57,384 bases of DNA from Patescibacteria group bacterium. GTDB taxonomy: Bacteria > Patescibacteriota > Microgenomatia > UBA1406 > GWC2-37-13. The stretch lies in NCBI GenBank assembly GCA_026416975.1, contig JAOAEC010000001.1:1-57384 (forward strand), written 5' to 3'. Both the position numbers and the translations under genes were made by a program. Under the pieces are notes generated by a model. The model was not told where the DNA came from. It made no database searches and was given only the letters and a program-made list of their open reading frames with translations. Below, piece after piece: positions 49,012 through 57,384 of the stretch (position 1 is the first letter of the stretch; every line of letters begins with the position of its first letter).

Positions 49012-50481
49012 ATGAATGATAATATAAAAGATGAGGAAAAAAATCAATTACCACCAATTTTTGAAACAGTGCCGGTAGATGAGAATCTCCAACCGGAAGA
49101 GGTATCACCAGAAGTGGCAACACCAACAGTAGAAGAAGTGGCCAGTGCCGGTCCAGAAACCATAGAGGAAGCACCACCCTTGGTTTATGAAACCAACAAA
49201 TCCAAATATTTTATTATTATTGGAGCCACGATTTTATTTTTTTTTCTATTAATCTTTTTTTTAAAAGCGATATTTAGCGGATCTAAAAAACCTAAACCTA
49301 TTAGTTTAACCTATTGGGGATTGTGGGAAGAAAAAGAAATTTTTGCTCCTTTAATCTCTTTATATCAGCAAAAAAATTCTCACATAAAGATTAACTATGA
49401 AAAAATGTCACCAATTGATTATAAAGATAGATTATTAGCGAGGAGTAAAAATAATCAAGGTCCGGATATTTTTCGCTTTCATAATACTTGGTTGCCCCAA
49501 TTAAGAGAAGTGGCTGCTCCTTTACCAGAAACGGTTTTAACTTCTCAAGAATTTGAAAAGATTTTTTTCCCGGTTCATCAAAAAGATTTAAAAATTGGTA
49601 ATCATTATTATGGTATTCCTTTAATGATTGACGGTTTGGTTTTAATTTATAACCAAGATCTTTTTGAAAAAGCTGGTATTAATACTTCGCCGACTAATTG
49701 GGACGAGATTAATGAGATGGTTTCTAAATTGACAGTAAAAGATATTAATGGTCAATTATTGACAGCCGGTATTGCTTTGGGAACTGCCTCTAATGTAGAA
49801 CATTTTTCTGATATTTTTGGTTTAATGCTTTTACAAAACGGTGGCGATTTAAAAAATTTAGATCAGCCAGAAGCTGCCGGCGCTTTAGAGAGTTATCGGA
49901 AATTTGCTGAGCCGCCTAATGATTTTTGGAATGAACAGATGCCTAATTCAATTACTGCCTTTATTCAAGAAAAGGTGGCAATGATTATTGTTCCTTCATG
50001 GGAGATTTTAGTGATAAAAAGTGCTAATCCTGATTTAAAGATCAAAGTAGTACCAGTGCCACAAGTACCAGGAGGAAAACCGGTTTCTTTAGCTTCTTAT
50101 TGGGTTGAAGGAGTTTCTCGTTATAGTAAAAATCAGATAGAAGCTTGGAAGTTTTTGAAGTTTCTCTCGGAAAAAGAGAATTTAGCTAAACTTTATCAGA
50201 GCGAGTCGCAGAATCGTCTTTTTGGCGAAGCTTATTCTCGCGTTGATATGAGTTCGTTATTGTCTCAGAATGAATATTTAGGAGCGGTGATTAAACAAAC
50301 GGAATATTATGTGTCTCTTCCTTTAATTTCTCGCACATTTGATAATGGTTTAAATGATCAGATAATTCAATACTTAGAGAACGCAATTAATAGCACGATT
50401 CAGGGGGTAGCTTATAACGAAGCATTAAATACTGCTAAAAAAGGAATTGATCAAATTTTTTCTCAATATAAAATTGAATAA
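49012..50481 (+). CDS. Sugar-type extracellular solute-binding protein with acidic N-terminal extension and TM anchor
   Basis: YWGLWE, GPDIF, YGIPL..D.L.LIYN, AWKFLKFL; start moved to ATG 49012. Confidence 0.85.
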   Translation: MNDNIKDEEKNQLPPIFETVPVDENLQPEEVSPEVATPTVEEVASAGPETIEEAPPLVYETNKSKYFIIIGATILFFFLLIFFLKAIFSGSKKPKPISLTYWGLWEEKEIFAPLISLYQQKNSHIKINYEKMSPIDYKDRLLARSKNNQGPDIFRFHNTWLPQLREVAAPLPETVLTSQEFEKIFFPVHQKDLKIGNHYYGIPLMIDGLVLIYNQDLFEKAGINTSPTNWDEINEMVSKLTVKDINGQLLTAGIALGTASNVEHFSDIFGLMLLQNGGDLKNLDQPEAAGALESYRKFAEPPNDFWNEQMPNSITAFIQEKVAMIIVPSWEILVIKSANPDLKIKVVPVPQVPGGKPVSLASYWVEGVSRYSKNQIEAWKFLKFLSEKENLAKLYQSESQNRLFGEAYSRVDMSSLLSQNEYLGAVIKQTEYYVSLPLISRTFDNGLNDQIIQYLENAINSTIQGVAYNEALNTAKKGIDQIFSQYKIE

Positions 50482-50487
50482 TAAAAT

Positions 50488-52494
50488 ATGAGATTATTGA
50501 ATTTTTTTTCTAAAAATAAAAATGAGATCTATTTAGCTATCTTTTTAAAAGAGGAAGAAGGAAGATTAATTGTTCTTAAATCCAATAATCAGAAGATGAT
50601 TATTTTAGAATTAAGAAAATTTTTTTATAGTAATGGTTGGGAGAATTTACCGGAAGATATTGATGAAATTCTTTTTCAAATAGAAAGCCAAACAAAAACA
50701 AAGATAAAAAAAACAATTTTTTTCTTATTTTCTCATTTAGTAGAGATAGGTGGTCATAAAATTAAAGAACCTTATTTAACCAAAATTAAGGAGATTATTA
50801 AAGGATTAGAATTAATCCCTTTAGGTTTTGTTGATTGTCAGGAAGCGATAAGTAATCAATTAGCCAAAGAAGAAGGAGTTGGGTTGACAGCTATTTTATT
50901 GGAAATAGACAAAACTAATTTAACCGCTTTAATTTATAAAGGTGGGCAGTTAAAAGGAGTAAAAACTGTTTCCCGTACCAATGACTTTTTAGAAGATTTA
51001 ATATTGCTTTTGAGCGATTTTAAAAAAGAGATGATCTTACCATCAAGAATTATTCTTTACAACTCTAATGATTTAGATGACAAAATGAATAGAATTTTAA
51101 CTTATCGGTGGCAGGAAAATATTTTTGTTCAGTTACCTAAGGTGGAGATTTTACCGGAAAAAAAGGTTATTCAAGAGTTAATTAATGTTTTTGAGAATCA
51201 GATAAATTTTCAAGAAGAAGGAATAATATCAGAGAGAGTAGAAAAAAAAGAGGAGGTAATGGGTTTTGTTATTGGTGGAGATATTAAAGAAGAAGAAATT
51301 GAGAACAAAAAAACAAAAAAAGAATCTCTTTTTAAAAAAAAGACAATTAATTTCTTAAATTTTTTTTCTCATTTTAGTTTGCCAAAAATTTCTTGGTCAA
51401 AAAAAAGTTATTTAATTTTAGGTGGGATTTTAATTATTAGCGCTTTATTTTTGAATGAGTTTTTTTTTCATAAAGCTTCTTTAACAATTTTTATTCCCAC
51501 ACAAACAATAAAAAAAGAATTAATGATAAAAAATTTAGCAATAAAAACAAAAGAAACAAAGATTGAGTTAAAAAGACAAAAGGAGACGACGGGAAAAAAA
51601 TTAATTGGTGAGAGAGCTAAAGGAGAGGTGATTATTTATAATTTTGACAAAGAAAAAATTTTTGAAAAAGGAACAGTTTTAGAAACAGAAGGGATAAAAT
51701 TTACTATTGAAGAGGAGGTCAAAGTAGCTTCAGCCTCTTTAACCAGCGATGGCTCAGCTAAATTACCAGGAAAAGCAAAAGTAAAGGTTTTAGCCAAAGA
51801 GATTGGAAAACAGGGAAACATAAGTAAAGGAAAAACATTTAAGTTTTTAGATTTAGATCCGGAAACTTATTTTGCTAAAAACGAGATCTCTTTTTCTGAT
51901 GGTTTAGAAAAAGAGGTGCGGACTGTTGATAAAAAAGATATTGAGACGTTAAAAGAAGCTGTTTTTGAAGAAGCAAAGAAAGGTAAATCAGTAATAAAAT
52001 TAGCAAAAAATGAAAGATTAATTGAATCTTTAACAGAACTTAAGTTTGATGAATTAAAATTTTCTAAAGAAATAGGTGAAGAAGGTTCAGTAATTGATCT
52101 TTCAGCCATAATTTCAACAATTTATTATTTTTATAATAACGATGAGTTAATTAATTTAATTTATCCCTTTTTAAATAAAGAAATTAGTAAAGACTTTTTA
52201 TTAAAAAAAGAAAAAATTAGCTATCAAATTAAAGATGTTTTAAAAGAAGATGGAAAAATTTATCTTTCTTTATTAACCGAAGGTAGAGGAATAAAAAAAA
52301 TTAATGAAGAAGAAATTTATTATTATCTTTTGGGAAAAGAAGAAAAAGATTGGCAAAATTTTTTAAAAACAAAAGCTTTTGTTGCTGGTTATAAATTAAA
52401 TAATAACAATAATCAGATTCCAATTCCTTTTTTGAAAAATCGGCTTCCCTTTTTTAAAAAAAACTTAGAATTGAAAATTGCTGAATTTAAATAA
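50488..52494 (+). CDS. Membrane protein with degenerate FtsA-like N-terminus and baseplate J/gp47-like C-terminal region
   Basis: Central TM; TTGKK.IGERAKG.V.IYN, GT.L, V.A.EIG..GNI pattern; family calls from recall, not search. Confidence 0.55.
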   Translation: MRLLNFFSKNKNEIYLAIFLKEEEGRLIVLKSNNQKMIILELRKFFYSNGWENLPEDIDEILFQIESQTKTKIKKTIFFLFSHLVEIGGHKIKEPYLTKIKEIIKGLELIPLGFVDCQEAISNQLAKEEGVGLTAILLEIDKTNLTALIYKGGQLKGVKTVSRTNDFLEDLILLLSDFKKEMILPSRIILYNSNDLDDKMNRILTYRWQENIFVQLPKVEILPEKKVIQELINVFENQINFQEEGIISERVEKKEEVMGFVIGGDIKEEEIENKKTKKESLFKKKTINFLNFFSHFSLPKISWSKKSYLILGGILIISALFLNEFFFHKASLTIFIPTQTIKKELMIKNLAIKTKETKIELKRQKETTGKKLIGERAKGEVIIYNFDKEKIFEKGTVLETEGIKFTIEEEVKVASASLTSDGSAKLPGKAKVKVLAKEIGKQGNISKGKTFKFLDLDPETYFAKNEISFSDGLEKEVRTVDKKDIETLKEAVFEEAKKGKSVIKLAKNERLIESLTELKFDELKFSKEIGEEGSVIDLSAIISTIYYFYNNDELINLIYPFLNKEISKDFLLKKEKISYQIKDVLKEDGKIYLSLLTEGRGIKKINEEEIYYYLLGKEEKDWQNFLKTKAFVAGYKLNNNNNQIPIPFLKNRLPFFKKNLELKIAEFK

Positions 52495-52518
52495 AATTTT
52501 TATTTTATATTTTAAAAT

Positions 52519-53259
52519 ATGGCTTTGTATATTTATTTAAAAGAAAATAATTCTTACAAAAGAAAAATAATTAATTATTTTTCTTATGTTTCTTTAATTC
52601 TTGGTGGTCTTCTTCTTTTTTGGTCATTTTATCCAATTTTATTTTTTGAAGCTTATTCTCGTTTTTTTATTCAACAAAAGATTCAGACGCCAATTCCTCG
52701 TTCTGAGATGGTTTCTTCTTTAGAAACAGCTAGTTCGGTTTTGGGCGATTTTAGTCAGTTCTCCAATAATCTTCGTGAATTTATTCAGGCTAGTTTGTGG
52801 TTTCCCGATCGTCAACAGGAAAATTTAAATTATCATTCTGATATAAAAGAATATTTTTTAACCATTCCTAAATTGAACATTAAAGAAGCAAAGGTAGTGG
52901 TTGGCGGCGAAGATTTAAGTAAAAGCTTAATTCATTATTTACCGGAAAGTTTACCAGGAGAATATGGTAATGTGGTTATTTTTGGTCATTCCACTTTGCC
53001 ACAACTTTATAATCCTAAAGATTATAAAACAATCTTTACCCATTTGCCTTCTTTGGAAAAAGGAGATAAAATCTTGATTAAAATAAGAGATTTAGAGTAT
53101 GAATATGAGGTTTTTGATATGTTTGTGGTTGAACCGGATAAGGTTTCGGTTCTTGATCAAAAAAAAGATGCTTCTTATCTAACTTTAATTACCTGTGTGC
53201 CGCCGGGTACTTATTGGAAAAGGTTGGTAATCAGAGCTAAATTAACAAGGCTGCCTTAA
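52519..53259 (+). CDS. Sortase
   Basis: L.IPKL, GNVVIFGHS, LTLITC, KRL catalytic His/Cys/Arg. Confidence 0.93.
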   Translation: MALYIYLKENNSYKRKIINYFSYVSLILGGLLLFWSFYPILFFEAYSRFFIQQKIQTPIPRSEMVSSLETASSVLGDFSQFSNNLREFIQASLWFPDRQQENLNYHSDIKEYFLTIPKLNIKEAKVVVGGEDLSKSLIHYLPESLPGEYGNVVIFGHSTLPQLYNPKDYKTIFTHLPSLEKGDKILIKIRDLEYEYEVFDMFVVEPDKVSVLDQKKDASYLTLITCVPPGTYWKRLVIRAKLTRLP

Positions 53260-53280
53260 TTTTAAAGTAATTTTTTAAGA

Positions 53281-53309
53281 TTGATTTATCCTATAATATG
53301 TGATAAAAT
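53281..53309 (+). promoter_or_regulatory. Putative sigma70 promoter of PBP gene
   Basis: TTGATT, 17-nt spacer, TAAAAT with TG extension. Confidence 0.55.
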
Positions 53310-53318
53310 ATGAGGATC

Positions 53319-55616
53319 ATGAATCTAAACGAAAGACGAGAATTTTTTTTTAAATGTTTATATTTCTTGATTAATTTTTTTATTGTTATTGGCGAGTGGA
53401 CTCAACGAATTCTTTTTTTTGTTTTTTTTAAACTTTCTCTTAAATCTTTTTTTATTATCAAGGATTTTTTTCTTCTTTTTTTTAAAAAAATATGGCAGTT
53501 TTTATTTAAATTAATAAAAAAAATCTTTTTTATCTTAAAAAATTTTTTTAAAGTTTCTTTAACAGTTTTAAAAGCAATAGTTGAATTTCCAAAGAAAATT
53601 TTTTCGAGAATAAAATTACCTTCCTGGCGATTAAAAATTTCTTTTGATTTTATTTCTTTAAGACTGCGTTATTTTATTTTAGGGGCGATTTTTAGTTTTT
53701 TAATAATTTTAGTTTATCAATTATATCTTTTTGTTAAAAATTTACCTTCACCAATAAACATTGGAAAATTAAATTATCCACTGTCAACTCATATTTATGA
53801 TCGTAATGGTAAGCTTCTTTATGAGATTTATCGAGAGCAAAATCGAACTCCTATTAAGATAAAAAATTTACCATTAACAGTGATTCAAGCAACAATTGCT
53901 ATTGAAGATAAGGGTTTTTATAAACATCAAGGAGTTTCTTTAGTGGGAGGAGTTTTACGAGCAATAAAGGAAACAATTTTAAAAAAAGAGCTTCAAGGAG
54001 GCTCAACAATTACTCAACAGTTAGTCAAAAGCGCTTTGTTAACGCCGGAAAGAACCTTAACTCGTAAAATCAAAGAGATTATTTTAGCTTTATGGACAGA
54101 AAAGATATTTAGTAAAGATGAGATTTTAGAGATGTATCTAAATCAGGTTCCTTATGGAGGAGCAGCTTATGGGATTGAAGAGGCGGCAAAAACTTATTTT
54201 AACAAAAAAGCCAAAGATTTAAATCTAACTGAAGCAGCTTTATTAGCCGGTTTACCTCAGGCGCCAAGTCTTTATTCTCCTTATAACAATCCAGATTTAG
54301 CCCGTCAAAGAAGAAATTTGGTTTTAGAGGCAATGTATGAGATGAAGTATATTGATAAAGCGACAAAAATAAAGGCGCAAAACTTAAAACTAGAGGTAGT
54401 ACCTTTTAAAACCACTATTAAAGCGCCTCATTTTGTTTTTTTTGTTAAGTCGCAGTTAGAGGAAAAATATGGAATAAAAATGGTTGAAGAAGGAGGATTA
54501 AGGGTTTACACAAGCTTAGATTTAGATCTTCAGGAAAAATTAGAAACAATTTTAAAAGAGGAAATAGAAAAGATTAGAAACTTAAATGTTTCTAATGGCG
54601 CCATTTTGGTTACCCGACCGCAGACAGGCGAGATTTTGGCAATGTTAGGTTCAGTTGATTATTTTAACGGAGAGACAGGTGCTTTTAATGTGACAACTAG
54701 TCTTCGTCAACCGGGTAGTTCAATAAAACCGATTATGTATTCGTTAGCTTTAGAAAAAGGATTTACCGCAGCGACGATTATTGATGACTCGCCGGTGGTT
54801 TTTAATATTCCTGGGAGCACTCCTTATCGACCGGTGAATTATGATGGCCGTTTTCATGGTAAGGTGACTTTAAGATTAGCTTTAGCTAACTCTTTTAATG
54901 TGCCGGCGGTTAAGGTTTTAAATGTAATTGGAGTGGAAAATTTTGTTTCTCATGCTAAAAAAATTGGTATTAGTACTTGGAATGATTCTTCTCGTTTTGG
55001 TTTGTCTTTAACCTTAGGTGGCGGTGAAGTAAAGATGGTTGATATAGTTCAAGCTTTTGGCGTTTTTGCTAATTTAGGAGAAAGGGTGAGTTTAGAAAGT
55101 GTTTTGGAGATAAAAAATTTAAACGATAAAACAATATATCGTCATTATCCTTTAAAAGAGAGAGTCTTAAAAGAAGGAACCGCTTTTATTATTTCTGAGA
55201 TTTTAGCTGATAATTTTTCTCGACAATGGGCTTTTGGTAGTCATTCTGCTTTGGAAATTCCAGGTTATAAAGTAGCGGTTAAAACCGGTACTACTGATGA
55301 AAAAAGAGATAACTGGACAATTGGTTATACGCCAGAATTTTTAGTGGCAGTTTGGGTGGGTAATAATGATAATTCGCCGATGAATCCTTATTTAACCTCA
55401 GGGATTACTGGTGCCGCTCCGATTTGGAATCGAGTGATGAGCTATCTTCTTAATAATTATGGTAATGGTAAGCAGTGGTTTGAAAAACCAGACGATGTAG
55501 TAGAAAAAAGTTGTTTTTTTGGCAAAACCGAGTATTTTTTAAAAGGAACGGAGAATTTAGTTTCTTGTCGTGATGGACTATTTAAAACTTCAATTACTCC
55601 CACAGGTAGTCATTAG
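53319..55616 (+). CDS. Class A penicillin-binding protein (transglycosylase/transpeptidase)
   Basis: AIEDK.FY.HQG, GGSTITQQL, RKIKE, QPGSSIKP, SFN, KTGT; start 53310 or 53319. Confidence 0.95.
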   Translation: MNLNERREFFFKCLYFLINFFIVIGEWTQRILFFVFFKLSLKSFFIIKDFFLLFFKKIWQFLFKLIKKIFFILKNFFKVSLTVLKAIVEFPKKIFSRIKLPSWRLKISFDFISLRLRYFILGAIFSFLIILVYQLYLFVKNLPSPINIGKLNYPLSTHIYDRNGKLLYEIYREQNRTPIKIKNLPLTVIQATIAIEDKGFYKHQGVSLVGGVLRAIKETILKKELQGGSTITQQLVKSALLTPERTLTRKIKEIILALWTEKIFSKDEILEMYLNQVPYGGAAYGIEEAAKTYFNKKAKDLNLTEAALLAGLPQAPSLYSPYNNPDLARQRRNLVLEAMYEMKYIDKATKIKAQNLKLEVVPFKTTIKAPHFVFFVKSQLEEKYGIKMVEEGGLRVYTSLDLDLQEKLETILKEEIEKIRNLNVSNGAILVTRPQTGEILAMLGSVDYFNGETGAFNVTTSLRQPGSSIKPIMYSLALEKGFTAATIIDDSPVVFNIPGSTPYRPVNYDGRFHGKVTLRLALANSFNVPAVKVLNVIGVENFVSHAKKIGISTWNDSSRFGLSLTLGGGEVKMVDIVQAFGVFANLGERVSLESVLEIKNLNDKTIYRHYPLKERVLKEGTAFIISEILADNFSRQWAFGSHSALEIPGYKVAVKTGTTDEKRDNWTIGYTPEFLVAVWVGNNDNSPMNPYLTSGITGAAPIWNRVMSYLLNNYGNGKQWFEKPDDVVEKSCFFGKTEYFLKGTENLVSCRDGLFKTSITPTGSH

Positions 55617-56873
55617 TTATTGATTTTTTGGAGAAATTTTTTTAAAACCAAGTATTGGTTGAAGAATTTTAGGAATTATTACTGTGCCATCTTTTTGTTG
55701 ATAGTTTTCCAATATGGCAATTAAAATTCGTGGTGAGGCAATGGCGGTGTTGTTTAAGGTATAGCAATATTCTTTTACCCTATCTTTTTTTTGATATTTA
55801 ATATTTAACCGTCTGGCTTGAAAATCGCCCATAATTGAGTTTGACATTGCTTCACCATAATCATTACGATACGGCATCCAAACCTCAGTATCGTATTTAA
55901 AAATCTGCGGTTCGCCCATCTCGCCGGTGGAAAGAATTACCCGACGATAGGGTAGTTCAAGCTCCTCTAAAATCTCCTCACTATTTCTTTGCAATTCTTC
56001 ATGAAGTTTTCTTGCCTCTTTTAAATCGTTTTTGGCAATAATCACCTGCTCAACTTTAAAAAATTCATGAAGACGATAAAGTCCTTTGGTATCTTTACCG
56101 TAACTGCCGGCTTCTTTACGAAAACAGGCAGAAAAAGCAACAAATTTTTTCGGTAATTCTTCCTCTTTAAGAACCTTACCGGTAAAGTATGAAGTTACTG
56201 GTTGTTCAGCAGTGCCGGCTAAATAGGCATCTTCATCATTTAAAATATAAGTATCCTGTTTTCCCCAGGGAAATTGACCGCAACCAAAAAGAGCCATTTT
56301 TTTAACAATTGCCGGAGCAATTATCGGTGTATACCCTTTTTTGACTAGTTTTTGAAAAACATAAAAAAGTAGCGCAAAATGGAGAATTGCCAATTCATTT
56401 TTTAAAAAATAACCTCTAAAACCAGAGACCTTTGAACCTCTTTCAAAATCGATAATATCTAATGATTTACCTAAATCAATATGCGATTTAACTGGAAAAT
56501 CAAATTGAGGAATTTTTCCCCAAGTTTTTACTACCTTGTTAAAACTAGCATCTTTTCCTACTGGTACCTCAGGCAAAGGTACATTAGGGACAAAAGAAAG
56601 CAAATTATTAAGATTGTCTTCTATTTCTTTAAGTTTTTTTTCTAATTCTTTAATTTCCTTCTTGATCTTTTTACCTTCAGCAATAATCTGCGATGTTGGT
56701 TTGTTTTTGGCTAAAAGATTTCTTTTCTCCCGTAATTTTTGAATCTGCAAATTTAATTTTCTTTTTTCTTCATCTAACTTGATTATCTTTTCAATTTCCA
56801 CCTGACGATTTTTATTTTTCGCCGCCTCAAGAACCTTTTGTTTATTGTTTTTAATAAAATCAATTGAAAGCAT
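55617..56873 (-). CDS. serS: Serine--tRNA ligase
   Basis: VPNVP, GTAEQP, FRKEAG.YGKDTKGLYRLHEF.KVE, DFQARRLNI, LNNTA. Confidence 0.97.
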   Translation of the reverse strand: MLSIDFIKNNKQKVLEAAKNKNRQVEIEKIIKLDEEKRKLNLQIQKLREKRNLLAKNKPTSQIIAEGKKIKKEIKELEKKLKEIEDNLNNLLSFVPNVPLPEVPVGKDASFNKVVKTWGKIPQFDFPVKSHIDLGKSLDIIDFERGSKVSGFRGYFLKNELAILHFALLFYVFQKLVKKGYTPIIAPAIVKKMALFGCGQFPWGKQDTYILNDEDAYLAGTAEQPVTSYFTGKVLKEEELPKKFVAFSACFRKEAGSYGKDTKGLYRLHEFFKVEQVIIAKNDLKEARKLHEELQRNSEEILEELELPYRRVILSTGEMGEPQIFKYDTEVWMPYRNDYGEAMSNSIMGDFQARRLNIKYQKKDRVKEYCYTLNNTAIASPRILIAILENYQQKDGTVIIPKILQPILGFKKISPKNQ

Positions 56874-56879
56874 AATTCT

Positions 56880-56920
56880 ATTTTAAATTTTTAATTTTTA
56901 ATTTTCAATTTCTAATTTTT
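56880..56920 (-). repeat. 7-bp tandem array spanning the upstream gene stop and the serS -10 box
   Basis: Minus strand TAGAAAT TGAAAAT TAAAAAT TAAAAAT TTAAAAT. Confidence 0.7.
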
Positions 56921-57384
56921 CTTTTATTTTTTTAATGATTTTTTTTAAAGCAGTTAAACGATGATTTATTTTTTGATGTTCTTCATCTGTCAATTCATCA
57001 TAATATTTATTATATTTTTCAACAATAAATAAAGCTCGAAAAGGATAGCCTTTGATTCTTTTTTTGCTTGGTGAAAAAGCAATATAACCTTTGATTTTTT
57101 CCTCTTGAAGTATAAGAAAATCTTTGTTTTTTTTGTTCTGTTTTTGATGCGATCGTGTTAAAGATAGAATTTTTGAATTTATTTTTTTTGGTAGATAAAA
57201 ACAAAGACAGGTTTGAAGATAAGCAGTTCTTTGTTTTTTAGTGGTATTTTTTAATCTTTTTAACGTATAACTAATTAATTCTTCATCACTTGCATCATAT
57301 CCAAGCCAGCGCCTTGATTTTACTCCTGGTTCATTATTAAGATAGGGGATAATTAAGCCTCCGTCATCTGAGATTGTTGGCAGT
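56898..57384 (-). CDS. Non-canonical purine NTP pyrophosphatase, Ham1/RdgB family (partial, 5' end outside window)
   Basis: Manual translation LPTISDDGGL.IPYLNNEPGVKSRRW...RTAY...GYPFRALF...INHR..ALKK, stop at 56898-56900. Confidence 0.85.
   Translation of the reverse strand, partial: LPTISDDGGLIIPYLNNEPGVKSRRWLGYDASDEELISYTLKRLKNTTKKQRTAYLQTCLCFYLPKKINSKILSLTRSHQKQNKKNKDFLILQEEKIKGYIAFSPSKKRIKGYPFRALFIVEKYNKYYDELTDEEHQKINHRLTALKKIIKKIKEKLEIEN

Noticed and set aside
50488..52494. Prophage or contractile injection system
   Set aside because: The baseplate-J-like region stands alone, with no sheath, tube, terminase or integrase genes
2865..56742. Short ORF-track entries overlapping real genes (e.g. 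2865, 8243, 9520, 10358, 13770, 14886, 15487, 15727, 18508, 18699, 19636, 27368, 29451, 29723, 30992, 37011, 37828, 48617, 48636, 51636, 51867, 56536)
   Set aside because: Antisense or alternate-frame shadows of well-supported genes, with no recognisable motifs
57110..57195. ~20-aa apparent insertion in the Ham1/RdgB protein as another palindromic element
   Set aside because: No clear inverted arms or 7-bp period found by eye
57019..57204. 61-aa ORF in the track
   Set aside because: Wrong frame of the Ham1/RdgB gene, which is open from the window end to 56898
1..57384. Alternative genetic code (TGA recoding)
   Set aside because: TGA ends conserved genes at expected positions (rplP, rpsE, rplO, rpmG, rpsT) and ORFs are full length under code 11

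Overview
This is a very AT-rich bacterial chromosomal segment using genetic code 11. It most resembles a Patescibacteria/CPR genome of the Microgenomates type (inferred from the missing rpmD, N-terminally shortened L2, and the DUF4012-like, baseplate-J-like, sortase and orphan PilN/PilO genes). The core is a ~17.7 kb ribosomal supercluster (tuf to rpsI) with a rearranged order: rpsS sits between rpsN and rpsH, rpmG sits between secY and adk, adk is fused to a second P-loop kinase, and rplN is split at an A-run. Flanking genes cover surface-glycan synthesis, two UvrD-family helicases, recO, glyQS, serS, tpiA, miaB, and a cell-envelope region (PilN/O, putative sortase substrates, VanW, solute-binding protein, FtsA-like/baseplate-J-like protein, sortase, class A PBP). 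No rRNA, tRNA, CRISPR array or transposase was recognised. The most notable unexplained signals are: (1) degenerate 7-bp tandem repeats that fill intergenic space, bracket the mazG-like gene, and occur as a ~116-nt palindrome inserted in frame in miaB; (2) a promoter/uORF/antiterminator/terminator leader directly before rplC, plus a second strong hairpin inside rplC; (3) -10 boxes 6-8 nt upstream of ATGs in at least 13 non-ribosomal genes, implying pervasive leaderless expression.
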